From a virus, in the IMG/VR virus record IMGVR_UViG_3300049830_000285, positions 1 to 64,000 of that record: 64,000 bases of DNA. The stretch is one strand, 5' to 3'. The notes below the pieces were generated by a model. The model was not told where the DNA came from, did not search any database, and was given only the letters and a program-made list of their open reading frames with translations. The position numbers and the translations under genes are program-made. Within the stretch, counting starts at the first letter, position 1, and each line of letters begins with the position of its first letter. Below, piece by piece: positions 9,588 through 18,564 of the stretch.

Positions 9588-10340
9588 ATGGATACAAACG
9601 ATAATTTCCAGGATTTGGATGTAATGGATGCAGAGCTTGAAGAAGCTTCTGTTATTCAAAATATTCAAATAGTTAATACTAAAAGTGATTTACATGATTT
9701 GGGTATTTCAGATGCTAAATTGGCTAAGCCAAGAAAAATATCTGATTTACTTGAAACAGATAAACCTTTGGTTCCAATTCCAACAGATTTAATGATGGAT
9801 ACAATTTATACATCGAGAATCGAATCTCGATGTGTTTTGTGCCGTTCCCCGTGGCGCGTTCGCGCTGAGCATTGGTATTTAGAAAATGGACGAAAACCCA
9901 ACTCGGTTGTAAATTTCTTCCGCAAATATTTCAATGCTGTAATATCCTGGGAGTGCGTGGACACACATATGTCAAATCACTGCACTTTAGAATCACTGGG
10001 GAAAAATGGATTAGTGGATTTGGAAGCCCAAGAAGCAGACATGGCTCGGTGGAGATACCGGGAGCTGGACTTAGCTGTTTTAGGTACATTGGCTGAAATT
10101 AATGAACTTCGTGGTATTAGTTGTAAAACCAAGCCCGACTTAATGATAAGACGAGCTGGATTGTTGAATCAGCTATATGCCAGACTGGTCGAATACAAGC
10201 GCTTGCGTGATGAAGCAAGCGCAAATATGAGAGTAGATATTTTCTCTGTTCTAATGGAAGTCTATAAAAAGCTACCAGATAATGAATCGAAGAAAATTCT
10301 ATTAAACACAGTGCAAGAACTTCGTGAACAATATGCATAG
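9588..10340 (+). CDS. Hypothetical protein, candidate terminase small subunit
   Basis: Directly upstream of TerL; CVLC...HMSNH putative Zn site then helical C-terminus. The TerS call rests on position only. Confidence 0.4.
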   Translation: MDTNDNFQDLDVMDAELEEASVIQNIQIVNTKSDLHDLGISDAKLAKPRKISDLLETDKPLVPIPTDLMMDTIYTSRIESRCVLCRSPWRVRAEHWYLENGRKPNSVVNFFRKYFNAVISWECVDTHMSNHCTLESLGKNGLVDLEAQEADMARWRYRELDLAVLGTLAEINELRGISCKTKPDLMIRRAGLLNQLYARLVEYKRLRDEASANMRVDIFSVLMEVYKKLPDNESKKILLNTVQELREQYA

Positions 10341-10342
10341 TA

Positions 10343-12517
10343 TTGAAATTCATGAGAAAAACAAAAAATAACAGTGAAGTAAAAGCATCCTCGGAAATTG
10401 CTGAAAGTTTTAAACGAGGCTTGGCTGCCTTTTCACAGGCAGCTTTAGAAGACCAACGTCTGTTAGAACCAGACGAGCACGAGGCAATTCCGGGTGAATT
10501 GCTGGATGAAGACGATTTCGATATTCCGGTGTCCAAAGGGAAGAGAGACAATTGCCCGCCACCGCCCGAGCCTGAAAAAAACAAATTTAACATTGACGGA
10601 ATGGTCGATGTTGTTGTTTTTTGCGAGCACGCTTATTTTCTCAATCTTCGATTAACACCGTGGCAAAAGTTAATTCTTAAGGTTTTTTACTCTGGTAGCC
10701 CAGGTAACACAAATCTTACTATCGAGGATAACAAAACAACAGATTGTTCCGGGTGTGTCTGGAATTACAACAGAAAGTTTGAAAATCTTTATTACAAATC
10801 GCTATTAAAAGACGAGGAAGGCGGGAAGGGAAGCTTGATGCCACCGGAAAACTCCCCATGTTTAATGTGCAATAGATTCAAGTCTGAAATCAGAGCCAAA
10901 CGTTACGAGAAGTTGCGAGAAGAGGCTATTCGACAAGACCAATTTGATGAAATAACATTGTTAGAAGCTCGTGAGTTAGTTGACATGTTTCAAACTGAAA
11001 TGGATTTGCTAAATGACCCTCAGATTGAGCATAAAGTTAGGCAGCAAATACTTGATAAATTCGGTAGAAAATTCCAAGAACTTATTTTGGTACTTGGTCG
11101 TCGTTCTGGAAAATCATTTTTAACGGCTGTTATTACGCTTTATGAAGTATATCGCTTCTTGATGATGGGGCATCCACAGGGAAGATATCCTATCATGGAA
11201 TTTGATATTATAACCATTTTGAATGTTGCTGTTTCTGAGGGTCAGGCAAAAATGGCTATTTTTGATAAAATTAGACAGCTTGCTGAATCCAGCCCGTATT
11301 TTGTGCAATACATCGGAAAGTCATTGCAGAATGAAATGTTCTTCTTAACAGACCACGACAAAGAAGAAAATGTAAGAAGGTTATCAAGAGGTCAAGAGGC
11401 AATGGTTGGAACCATCCAGCTCAAATCTGGGCACTCAAATGCCTCGGGAATGGTTGGAGGAACCATGGCTGTTATCATCATTGATGAAATGGCTGAAATG
11501 GCACCAGCGTCTGCCGAGGGCGGCACCGACGATGAATTGTACGATAAGTTGAAGCCTGCTATTTCTACTTTTGGACGAGATGGGAAAATGATATGTATTT
11601 CCAACCCTCTTGGCCCATATGGTAAATTTTATAAACTGTACTTAGATAGCTTTGACGATAACCTGGTTTTAATGGCTCAGTTGCCCACTTGGTTATCAAA
11701 TCCTTATATTGAGCAAGCTTTTCTTAACCAACAAAAGAAAAAAGACCCCACGAATTACCACGTCTTTTATGGCGCTAAATTTGGCTCTTCTGGTTCTGAT
11801 GCTTGGATAAGTGACGCTTATGTTAAGCGAGCTTTTGAACACATGGGACACACCAGAAGAGCAATTGATGGTAGACCGATGACACGCTATTTCGCGCACC
11901 TTGACCCATCGAAGTCATCGGATTACTATACGCTTGTTGTCTGTCACTCAGAGCCTATGGAAAATGCAATTGGGCCGGACGGAAAGCCAATGCAGCGAAT
12001 TATCATTGACCATATGCATATGTGGAAACCAAAGGGAAAAAACCAACCTATTAATTCCGAAGAAGTGGACAGATATATTCTTAAGCTTGCCACCAGGTTT
12101 AAGTTTGCTCAAATCAGCTATGACCAATGGAACAGTCAAAGTTCAATCACTAAATTGGTTAATCACGGATTAAACGCAGTGCAAAAAACATTTGATATGA
12201 AGTATAAATCAAGCATTTATGGTGAGTTGTATGAATTATTTAATGACGATAGAATCATTTTTTACAATGTTGATTCATTGTATGAAAATGAAACTGACGG
12301 TAAATTTGAAGAATTAATGGAAGTTACTGAATGTAAGAGACAATTTGTGAACTTGCAGAGAAAATTCAGTGGTAAATCATATAAGATTGAAGCACTTCCC
12401 GGATTTCAGGATGATTTTTGCGATGCCGTTGCTGCTGCTTCCTACGAAGCTCTTAAAGACAAAGTATATTCAACTCTTCCGAGGCTACGAACAGCGATGT
12501 TAAGGGGAATCCGATAA
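10343..12517 (+). CDS. terL: Terminase large subunit
   Basis: LTPWQ, Walker A LGRRSGKS, Walker B IIIDE, ISNP coupling motif, RNase H-type HLDPS, YDQWNS, DDFCDAVA. The ATG at 10352 may be the real start. Confidence 0.93.
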   Translation: MKFMRKTKNNSEVKASSEIAESFKRGLAAFSQAALEDQRLLEPDEHEAIPGELLDEDDFDIPVSKGKRDNCPPPPEPEKNKFNIDGMVDVVVFCEHAYFLNLRLTPWQKLILKVFYSGSPGNTNLTIEDNKTTDCSGCVWNYNRKFENLYYKSLLKDEEGGKGSLMPPENSPCLMCNRFKSEIRAKRYEKLREEAIRQDQFDEITLLEARELVDMFQTEMDLLNDPQIEHKVRQQILDKFGRKFQELILVLGRRSGKSFLTAVITLYEVYRFLMMGHPQGRYPIMEFDIITILNVAVSEGQAKMAIFDKIRQLAESSPYFVQYIGKSLQNEMFFLTDHDKEENVRRLSRGQEAMVGTIQLKSGHSNASGMVGGTMAVIIIDEMAEMAPASAEGGTDDELYDKLKPAISTFGRDGKMICISNPLGPYGKFYKLYLDSFDDNLVLMAQLPTWLSNPYIEQAFLNQQKKKDPTNYHVFYGAKFGSSGSDAWISDAYVKRAFEHMGHTRRAIDGRPMTRYFAHLDPSKSSDYYTLVVCHSEPMENAIGPDGKPMQRIIIDHMHMWKPKGKNQPINSEEVDRYILKLATRFKFAQISYDQWNSQSSITKLVNHGLNAVQKTFDMKYKSSIYGELYELFNDDRIIFYNVDSLYENETDGKFEELMEVTECKRQFVNLQRKFSGKSYKIEALPGFQDDFCDAVAAASYEALKDKVYSTLPRLRTAMLRGIR

Positions 12518-12576
12518 AAGGTTCAAGGTTGTATGGGTTCAGATACGTAAATGGTATACAGAGCTATGTGGATAAT

Positions 12577-13692
12577 ATGAAGTGTCTTACTTGTGAACAA
12601 AAGGGAGTGGTAATAGCAATGCTATTTAATGACATGCATCAAAAGCATGTTTGCCCAAGATGTTTCGCAGCAAATGAAGATAATATCCGCATTGCTCAAT
12701 TTGGTGGTGCTACTGGCGGAAGACCAAATGCATACTCTCCGGGCACATCACCTGCCGGCCAGGGTGGTGGAAGTAAAAATTATGGAATCAATGATTTTGG
12801 AGCAGACAAAACCATTGATTCTATAATTTCTGGAAGTCATAATCCACCACAAATTGATGAGCACCGCAACATCGAGCGTAGACTTGAAGTATATCATCAA
12901 CATAAAGAAGAAGATATGATTCCATACTGGTTAACCCCAGAAGAACGCGAAAAACTAAGAATTAAAAAAGAAGTGCGTAGACGAAATGAATGGTTGGAAA
13001 AATCCAAACACATGACAGACACAAATGCGGTTTCATATATTCAAAGAAATTTTCAGCCAAAGCCAGAGCACATGTCTACATTGGAGTCCCAGTTAATCAA
13101 TAGACACAAGTACAAGCCTGGGGATAAATCAAAATATGAAGACGAACTGCCGCCTGTTGCTAAGCCCGAACGAATTCACATGGCTCAAACAACAACACAC
13201 GGACGAACAAGTCCGTTTGACTCTACTACAGATGACGAAGAAGAAGCAGCGTATCCCAATTTTGACAATATCAGAATGAAAACACCACTGGGTGTTGGCA
13301 ACGCCCCTACTTTTGATAAAGGTTCAGAACTTGATGAATATTTAGACAAAGCATATAAGGCAGACTGGGGTGGATTAGAAGGGCCAAATGAGCCTACGTT
13401 GATGGACATTCCTAACGCAGATAATATCGGAAATCATTCGTGGGGATTTGGAGACAAAATTCCGTCTGCTGTTCATGGCGAAATAGATAGCGACTTAGAT
13501 GCATTTATGCCACTTGAACAACAGCTTGAAAGTACCAAAAGGCAAGAATCGCCCTTGCGCAATCCAAATGACCCATTTAGCTACTGGAGCGAATACGAAA
13601 CTGCGAAAGGTGTCGGAACACCTGGGGAGCCACTTGGCTTTGCTGATAAATATAGTGGCGGTTCATTCAATCCAAGCCCTATTCCTCGCTAA
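12577..13692 (+). CDS. Probable virion/internal head protein with N-terminal Zn ribbon
   Basis: CLTC..CPRC followed by RIAQ and a disordered body; lies in the head module after a putative late promoter. Confidence 0.55.
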   Translation: MKCLTCEQKGVVIAMLFNDMHQKHVCPRCFAANEDNIRIAQFGGATGGRPNAYSPGTSPAGQGGGSKNYGINDFGADKTIDSIISGSHNPPQIDEHRNIERRLEVYHQHKEEDMIPYWLTPEEREKLRIKKEVRRRNEWLEKSKHMTDTNAVSYIQRNFQPKPEHMSTLESQLINRHKYKPGDKSKYEDELPPVAKPERIHMAQTTTHGRTSPFDSTTDDEEEAAYPNFDNIRMKTPLGVGNAPTFDKGSELDEYLDKAYKADWGGLEGPNEPTLMDIPNADNIGNHSWGFGDKIPSAVHGEIDSDLDAFMPLEQQLESTKRQESPLRNPNDPFSYWSEYETAKGVGTPGEPLGFADKYSGGSFNPSPIPR

Positions 13693-15554
13693 CGCTTGGT
13701 GTGTAACCTGACTTGTTTGCTATTTTTCATCTTTGAAAAATAGACTTCTTTTGGCAAAATGTTTAAATCATAAACCATTGGCACGAGCACATTAGTTAAT
13801 GATTTGTGCTTTTGCTTGTATTCTGTGTACATACTGTTAATCAATTGGCTTGGTGCATTTTGTCCACACAATGCTTTTCTCCATTGATACCAACCAGAAT
13901 CATCTCTGTTTAGTTGATATTTTGCTTCTGCCAAGTGCTTGTATGGGAGAAGCATTTCGTATAACAAGTTACAGTGTTTCAACAATTCAGATGAATGTGA
14001 ATTTATTTCATTGTTTGATAGCCACTCATTCACATAACCGCCCAACCAAAAAAAATGATTCTTAATATCAACTTGCTCGCCATTATAGTTCGCGATTAAG
14101 CTAGCAGAGTGATTGAAATTACTAAACAGCAACCATACAATGAGATTATTTTTCAAATTTATGTAATCATCATGAGAAATGTCAGGCGCATTAAATTGGT
14201 CTTTATCATTTAGCCATGTTCCTTTAATAATAGCTCTCAATCCAAGCGCGACCAAGGATTCCTCGAAATTCTCTTTAGTGATTCCCCATCCACTGCCGTT
14301 AGCATAAGGCGCTGACAATAAATATGCTTGTTTGGAGTGCATCACGTCATTTGCGGCAAATACGGCAAATCCCATAGCGTCTTCGGGTAATTTGGTTAGA
14401 TTAATAGTTTTGTCGGGTGACGCCACTGTGATAGCGCTAGTAAATGGTACAGAATCAATAGTGTTTTTCGGACGCTTCACCCACTTGCTCAATGGTGCTG
14501 AAGGGGTAAAAAACGCCTTCTTACCAACTAATTTACGATTTTCATAAACATCTACATCAACTGATTTTTGGCTGCCAGATGATGACCAAATACTAAATAC
14601 AACGGGCCATTCTCCAGTCGTTCCTTCGAACTCGCTGCAATGAAAACAAAAACCATCAATAAACTTAAATGAGCTTAACCACTCTTGGTAAAACGATGAA
14701 TATGTTGGATTCATCGCAAATGATATTTGAGTGAACATTCCCACAGTAACATTCAAGTTATACTTATCGACCAGTTGTTTGATTTTCCATAAAAACTGTG
14801 TTGTAAGATTGGATGAGGCTTTATTCATCGCGGCTTCTTTCATCAAGGCACCTATTCGAGTATCTGCGACTCCCTTTTTATGGTCATCTCTTATGGTTGG
14901 GCTGGCAGAATATGGCGGGTTCAAGATAAACACCCACTCTGTGGATGTTTCAAGAAAATCATAATTCATATCAGAGTTAAGAAAATCTTGTGAAAACACA
15001 TGCCCGTTTTTGAATTTAGAACTGTTTAATATGTCAACATCTTCCGCGTTCAACGTTGACATATATAGCTGAGAATGCATTTCATTTGGACATTTTTTCG
15101 TAAGATTTCCAGTGCCACAACACATATCCCACCATGGCGTGGTGTACATTTTTTCACCAAGGTGCTTTGATAAATATGCATGTCCCAAGTCAGCATAAAA
15201 AGTGGGTGTGAAAAATTCGCCATCTGTTCTTCTAGACCACAAATCCACCAATCTATCTTTTTGTGATGTGATTTCGTTTAAGTTACCAGGCCTTGCATAT
15301 TTACCCCAGAATTCAAGATACGCCCAATGATTTAATTGAACATCTCCGCTCGCTGTTTGAACAGTATGGTGATACACGTCATATGTTCCGCGCTCACTTA
15401 TATCTTCAAAAAAAGCTTGTACATAAGTTTGCGTATCATGTCCCTCTGGCGCAAATTTCATCCATTCGTCAAATACTTTGTCGAAATTATTGGATGTAAT
15501 ATATGTTTTTGTCGGCTCAAAGTCATCGAGCATTTTTAACAAATTGTTTGCCAT
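13689..15554 (-). CDS. N6-adenine DNA methyltransferase with long TRD-like C-terminus (Type IIG-like, no obvious nuclease domain)
   Basis: GEFFTP, motif I DMCCGTGNL, catalytic ILNPPY. Start placed at 15554 (or 15569); the track's 15758 start overlaps glf. Confidence 0.85.
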   Translation of the reverse strand: MANNLLKMLDDFEPTKTYITSNNFDKVFDEWMKFAPEGHDTQTYVQAFFEDISERGTYDVYHHTVQTASGDVQLNHWAYLEFWGKYARPGNLNEITSQKDRLVDLWSRRTDGEFFTPTFYADLGHAYLSKHLGEKMYTTPWWDMCCGTGNLTKKCPNEMHSQLYMSTLNAEDVDILNSSKFKNGHVFSQDFLNSDMNYDFLETSTEWVFILNPPYSASPTIRDDHKKGVADTRIGALMKEAAMNKASSNLTTQFLWKIKQLVDKYNLNVTVGMFTQISFAMNPTYSSFYQEWLSSFKFIDGFCFHCSEFEGTTGEWPVVFSIWSSSGSQKSVDVDVYENRKLVGKKAFFTPSAPLSKWVKRPKNTIDSVPFTSAITVASPDKTINLTKLPEDAMGFAVFAANDVMHSKQAYLLSAPYANGSGWGITKENFEESLVALGLRAIIKGTWLNDKDQFNAPDISHDDYINLKNNLIVWLLFSNFNHSASLIANYNGEQVDIKNHFFWLGGYVNEWLSNNEINSHSSELLKHCNLLYEMLLPYKHLAEAKYQLNRDDSGWYQWRKALCGQNAPSQLINSMYTEYKQKHKSLTNVLVPMVYDLNILPKEVYFSKMKNSKQVRLHTKR

Positions 15555-15558
15555 ACAC

Positions 15559-15582
15559 AGCTTATACATGACTGTATAAGCT
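15559..15582. promoter_or_regulatory. Palindromic back-to-back promoter/operator
   Basis: AGCTTATACA-TGAC-TGTATAAGCT, a perfect 10-bp inverted repeat between the divergent MTase and glf starts. Confidence 0.6.
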
Positions 15583-15589
15583 ATATGTA

Positions 15590-16696
15590 ATGAAATACGA
15601 CTATCTAATTGTTGGAGCTGGGCTTTTCGGATGCACCTTTGCGCATGAAGCTCACAAGCACGGCAAAAAGGTACTCGTAATAGAAAAGAGACCGTATATC
15701 GGGGGAGATTGCCACACCGAGGAAATGGAGGGCATTCATGTTCATTTACACGGGCCACATATATTTCATTGCTCGCAGAAGTATTTATGGAATTATATCA
15801 ATCAGTTCGCGAGTTTTAATAATTTTCAATTAAGAGTTAAGGCAAACTACAACAACAGACTTTATTCATTTCCAATCAATCTGAGCACGATGCATGAAGT
15901 TTGGGGTGTGACAACGCCAGCGGCTGGAAAAGATAAAATTGCCAACACACTTGTTCCGTGCGACAATCCAAAGAATTTTGAGGATTTTGCTTTGTCGCAA
16001 ATCGGAAGTGAATTATATCAAATGTTTATTTATGGATACACTAAGAAAGTATGGAGTAAGGAGCCCAAATTATTGCCATCATCCATTATTAAACGCCTTC
16101 CGTACAAACTCCATCACTGCGGTAGACACTACCCGGATACAGATATTTATGAAGGTATTCCCGTTGGCGGGTACACTCAAATCTTTGAAAAAATGTTAAA
16201 TGGAGTTGAGGTGTTGCTTAACACAGATTTTTTAAGCAACAAACAATATTACGAATCCCTTGCAGACAAGGTAGTTTACACAGGAGCACTAGACCAGTAT
16301 TTCAACTATGAACACGGTGCTTTGGAATTCCGCTCATTGCGATATCAACTTGAACGTCACGATGGTGATTATCAAGGGCATGCGCAGATTAATTACACCC
16401 ATGAAGATATTCCATGGATTAGAATTATTGAGCATAAGCATTTTGAGTTTAAAGCAAGTCTGCCGCACACTTATATTAGTAAAGAGTTTCCAGAGCCATA
16501 TGATGGCACAAATTTGCCATATTATCCTCTTAACGATGAAAAAAACAATGCTTTACAAAAAACATACCAACATCAGGCTAGTTTGATACCCAATTTAATA
16601 GTAGGCGGAAGGTTGGGCGAGTATCGTTATCAAGATATGGATATTGTGCTGGCAGCAGCATTACACACAGCTCGAAAGGAGTTCGAAGGAGCATAG
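15590..16696 (+). CDS. glf: UDP-galactopyranose mutase
   Basis: YDYLIVGAGLFG FAD motif, HLHGPHIFH, YGYTKKVW, PYYP, GRLGEYRYQDMD. Confidence 0.95.
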   Translation: MKYDYLIVGAGLFGCTFAHEAHKHGKKVLVIEKRPYIGGDCHTEEMEGIHVHLHGPHIFHCSQKYLWNYINQFASFNNFQLRVKANYNNRLYSFPINLSTMHEVWGVTTPAAGKDKIANTLVPCDNPKNFEDFALSQIGSELYQMFIYGYTKKVWSKEPKLLPSSIIKRLPYKLHHCGRHYPDTDIYEGIPVGGYTQIFEKMLNGVEVLLNTDFLSNKQYYESLADKVVYTGALDQYFNYEHGALEFRSLRYQLERHDGDYQGHAQINYTHEDIPWIRIIEHKHFEFKASLPHTYISKEFPEPYDGTNLPYYPLNDEKNNALQKTYQHQASLIPNLIVGGRLGEYRYQDMDIVLAAALHTARKEFEGA

Positions 16697-16708
16697 TAGA
16701 ACAACTTA

Positions 16709-17155
16709 ATGATGAATCATAATATTTGGATAAAAATAGCTAACATAGCGGATACGTTAGATAAGCAAGGTTTTTTTAAAGAAGCTGATGACTTAGATAG
16801 CGTGCTCAGAACAGCACAATATTATGTAAATCCTGGTGTCGTTCCCATTGATGACCGGATGATTCCTGGTGATGAAGTTTTTCCAGAAGCCGAAGAAAGC
16901 GAACAATTGCGTATGAAAAACATGGGCAGATATCGTGTTCCTGAATATTCATCCCTCCCTGGCGGCGATAATCCAGCATCTGAGAAAGGTAACAACATTT
17001 TCAATATGGATGGAACAGATAATATCGACGGTTTTGCACAAGTGGACGAATTCCCGTCGCCAAGTATGGACGGAAACACCAAAGCATATGAGTGGGACAA
17101 CTATCGTGGAGAAAATTCTCAACCGCCATACACCAAGCTAATGCCAAGAGGTTAG
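16709..17155 (+). CDS. Hypothetical protein with N-terminal shared helical tag
   Basis: IANIADTLDKQGFFKEADDLD followed by RTAQ. Confidence 0.65.
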   Translation: MMNHNIWIKIANIADTLDKQGFFKEADDLDSVLRTAQYYVNPGVVPIDDRMIPGDEVFPEAEESEQLRMKNMGRYRVPEYSSLPGGDNPASEKGNNIFNMDGTDNIDGFAQVDEFPSPSMDGNTKAYEWDNYRGENSQPPYTKLMPRG

Positions 17156-17209
17156 TTTTTCAAAAAGGTAAAACACACATTTTTCATTAAATAAGCAATA
17201 GAGGAAATC

Positions 17210-17737
17210 ATGCCACAACCAATCATTCCTATTCATCAAATGAACAATCTTGATTCTTTATTCGTTAGAGAATCTGAATCAGAAAATTACGACCATTTAC
17301 TAGGTTCGTTAAGCGCTATGCAGCAGCAATTAATGGGCGGCGCAGCAAGCGAAAAAACGGCGGCGCGATATAGTGACAACATGGTTAATCACCTTGAGGC
17401 TATCTCCCAAGAAGAAGAAGAATTATTAACGGTGGCTAACTCAATGATTTCCGTTGGGCGAACTGGACAAACATATTATCGTGTTCCAAAAACAATATCT
17501 GACTCGGAATTAATTGGCTTAAAGACTCAGGGATTGGTTGTTGGAAGCGGCAGGGTTGTTGCATTTACAGACCGAGCTAAGGTGGCGCTTCGCGAAAGAT
17601 GGCTGATTGCTGAAAACACTTTGAAGAAAAATCGCGTTAAAGATGGTTTCGACCATCCTATGAAAACTGCGGAAACTTCTGATAAATTTACACGAACATC
17701 TGAAAGAAAAAGAAAAATTATTGTATCAGAGGAGTAA
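17210..17737 (+). CDS. Hypothetical protein (head module)
   Basis: 175-aa ORF with GAGGA RBS. Confidence 0.65.
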   Translation: MPQPIIPIHQMNNLDSLFVRESESENYDHLLGSLSAMQQQLMGGAASEKTAARYSDNMVNHLEAISQEEEELLTVANSMISVGRTGQTYYRVPKTISDSELIGLKTQGLVVGSGRVVAFTDRAKVALRERWLIAENTLKKNRVKDGFDHPMKTAETSDKFTRTSERKRKIIVSEE

Positions 17738-17738
17738 C

Positions 17739-18551
17739 ATGACTAAAATGATTAATGGTGTGCCTCTTCAAGCGCATGCTGAATCTATTGCTAAAACAAT
17801 GCATGAATTAGCGCAATGGAGTAAAGCACACCCAAATTCAAGAAAATATCACCGCAACTTAATCAAGCTGCCGCCTGTGTTTTTGTTGAATAATGATAGT
17901 CACGGCGACGGATTACAAAATTTGATTGCCATAATCAAAACGATTGGAGACTATGAAGATGGCGATATTAACGGCAATTATCCAAAATTAGCCGACCTAC
18001 CAGATATCTACAATGCATACAGCGGTAAGCCAGTGCTATCTAATAAGGATTTGCGAAAAATCCACAATTGGGTTCAACAAGTTAGCTTCGGCATTCGTGC
18101 AGCTATTATGGAGCAAGAAGAGCAAAAGCCGCTTTTTGCAGATTGGGATAAGTTTACTACACCCGAGCGAGTTTTTCGAAGACTGTATTTACACAACCAC
18201 AGACGTTCATTTATCACATGTTCTCCGACTAATAAAAATGAATACAAGCCATTAAGATATGCAGATGAAACCATTAAGATGAAATTAATCGAACAAGAAT
18301 ATGAACAACGTCGAAATAAAAAATCATCTACCAAGTATGGTGCTAAGCTAACAAATCAAGAATGGCAACAATACGGATTATCTGGACAACCTGTAAGACA
18401 TATGCGAAAAGAAATAGAAGAAAAGATATCAGTTTTACTCACGCTTGCTGAAAAACACGACATTGATGGTGAATATGAGCAGGCAGATGGCATTACGCAG
18501 AGAATAAATAATATGAATGCCGAATTAGCAACGCTGGAAAGTAGAACCTAA
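17739..18551 (+). CDS. Hypothetical protein with C-terminal shared helical tag
   Basis: GAGGAG RBS before ATG 17739; ends LLTLAEKHDIDGEYEQADGIT. Confidence 0.65.
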   Translation: MTKMINGVPLQAHAESIAKTMHELAQWSKAHPNSRKYHRNLIKLPPVFLLNNDSHGDGLQNLIAIIKTIGDYEDGDINGNYPKLADLPDIYNAYSGKPVLSNKDLRKIHNWVQQVSFGIRAAIMEQEEQKPLFADWDKFTTPERVFRRLYLHNHRRSFITCSPTNKNEYKPLRYADETIKMKLIEQEYEQRRNKKSSTKYGAKLTNQEWQQYGLSGQPVRHMRKEIEEKISVLLTLAEKHDIDGEYEQADGITQRINNMNAELATLESRT

Positions 18552-18564
18552 TGGAGACAAGTTA

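Noticed and set aside
10720-11080. Intein in TerL
   Set aside because: No N-terminal Cys/Ser block A with matching C-terminal His-Asn, and no LAGLIDADG motif. Treated as a Zn-binding insertion instead.
15570-15758. N-terminal extension of the methyltransferase ORF
   Set aside because: It overlaps the conserved FAD-binding start of glf on the opposite strand and has no protein-like features.
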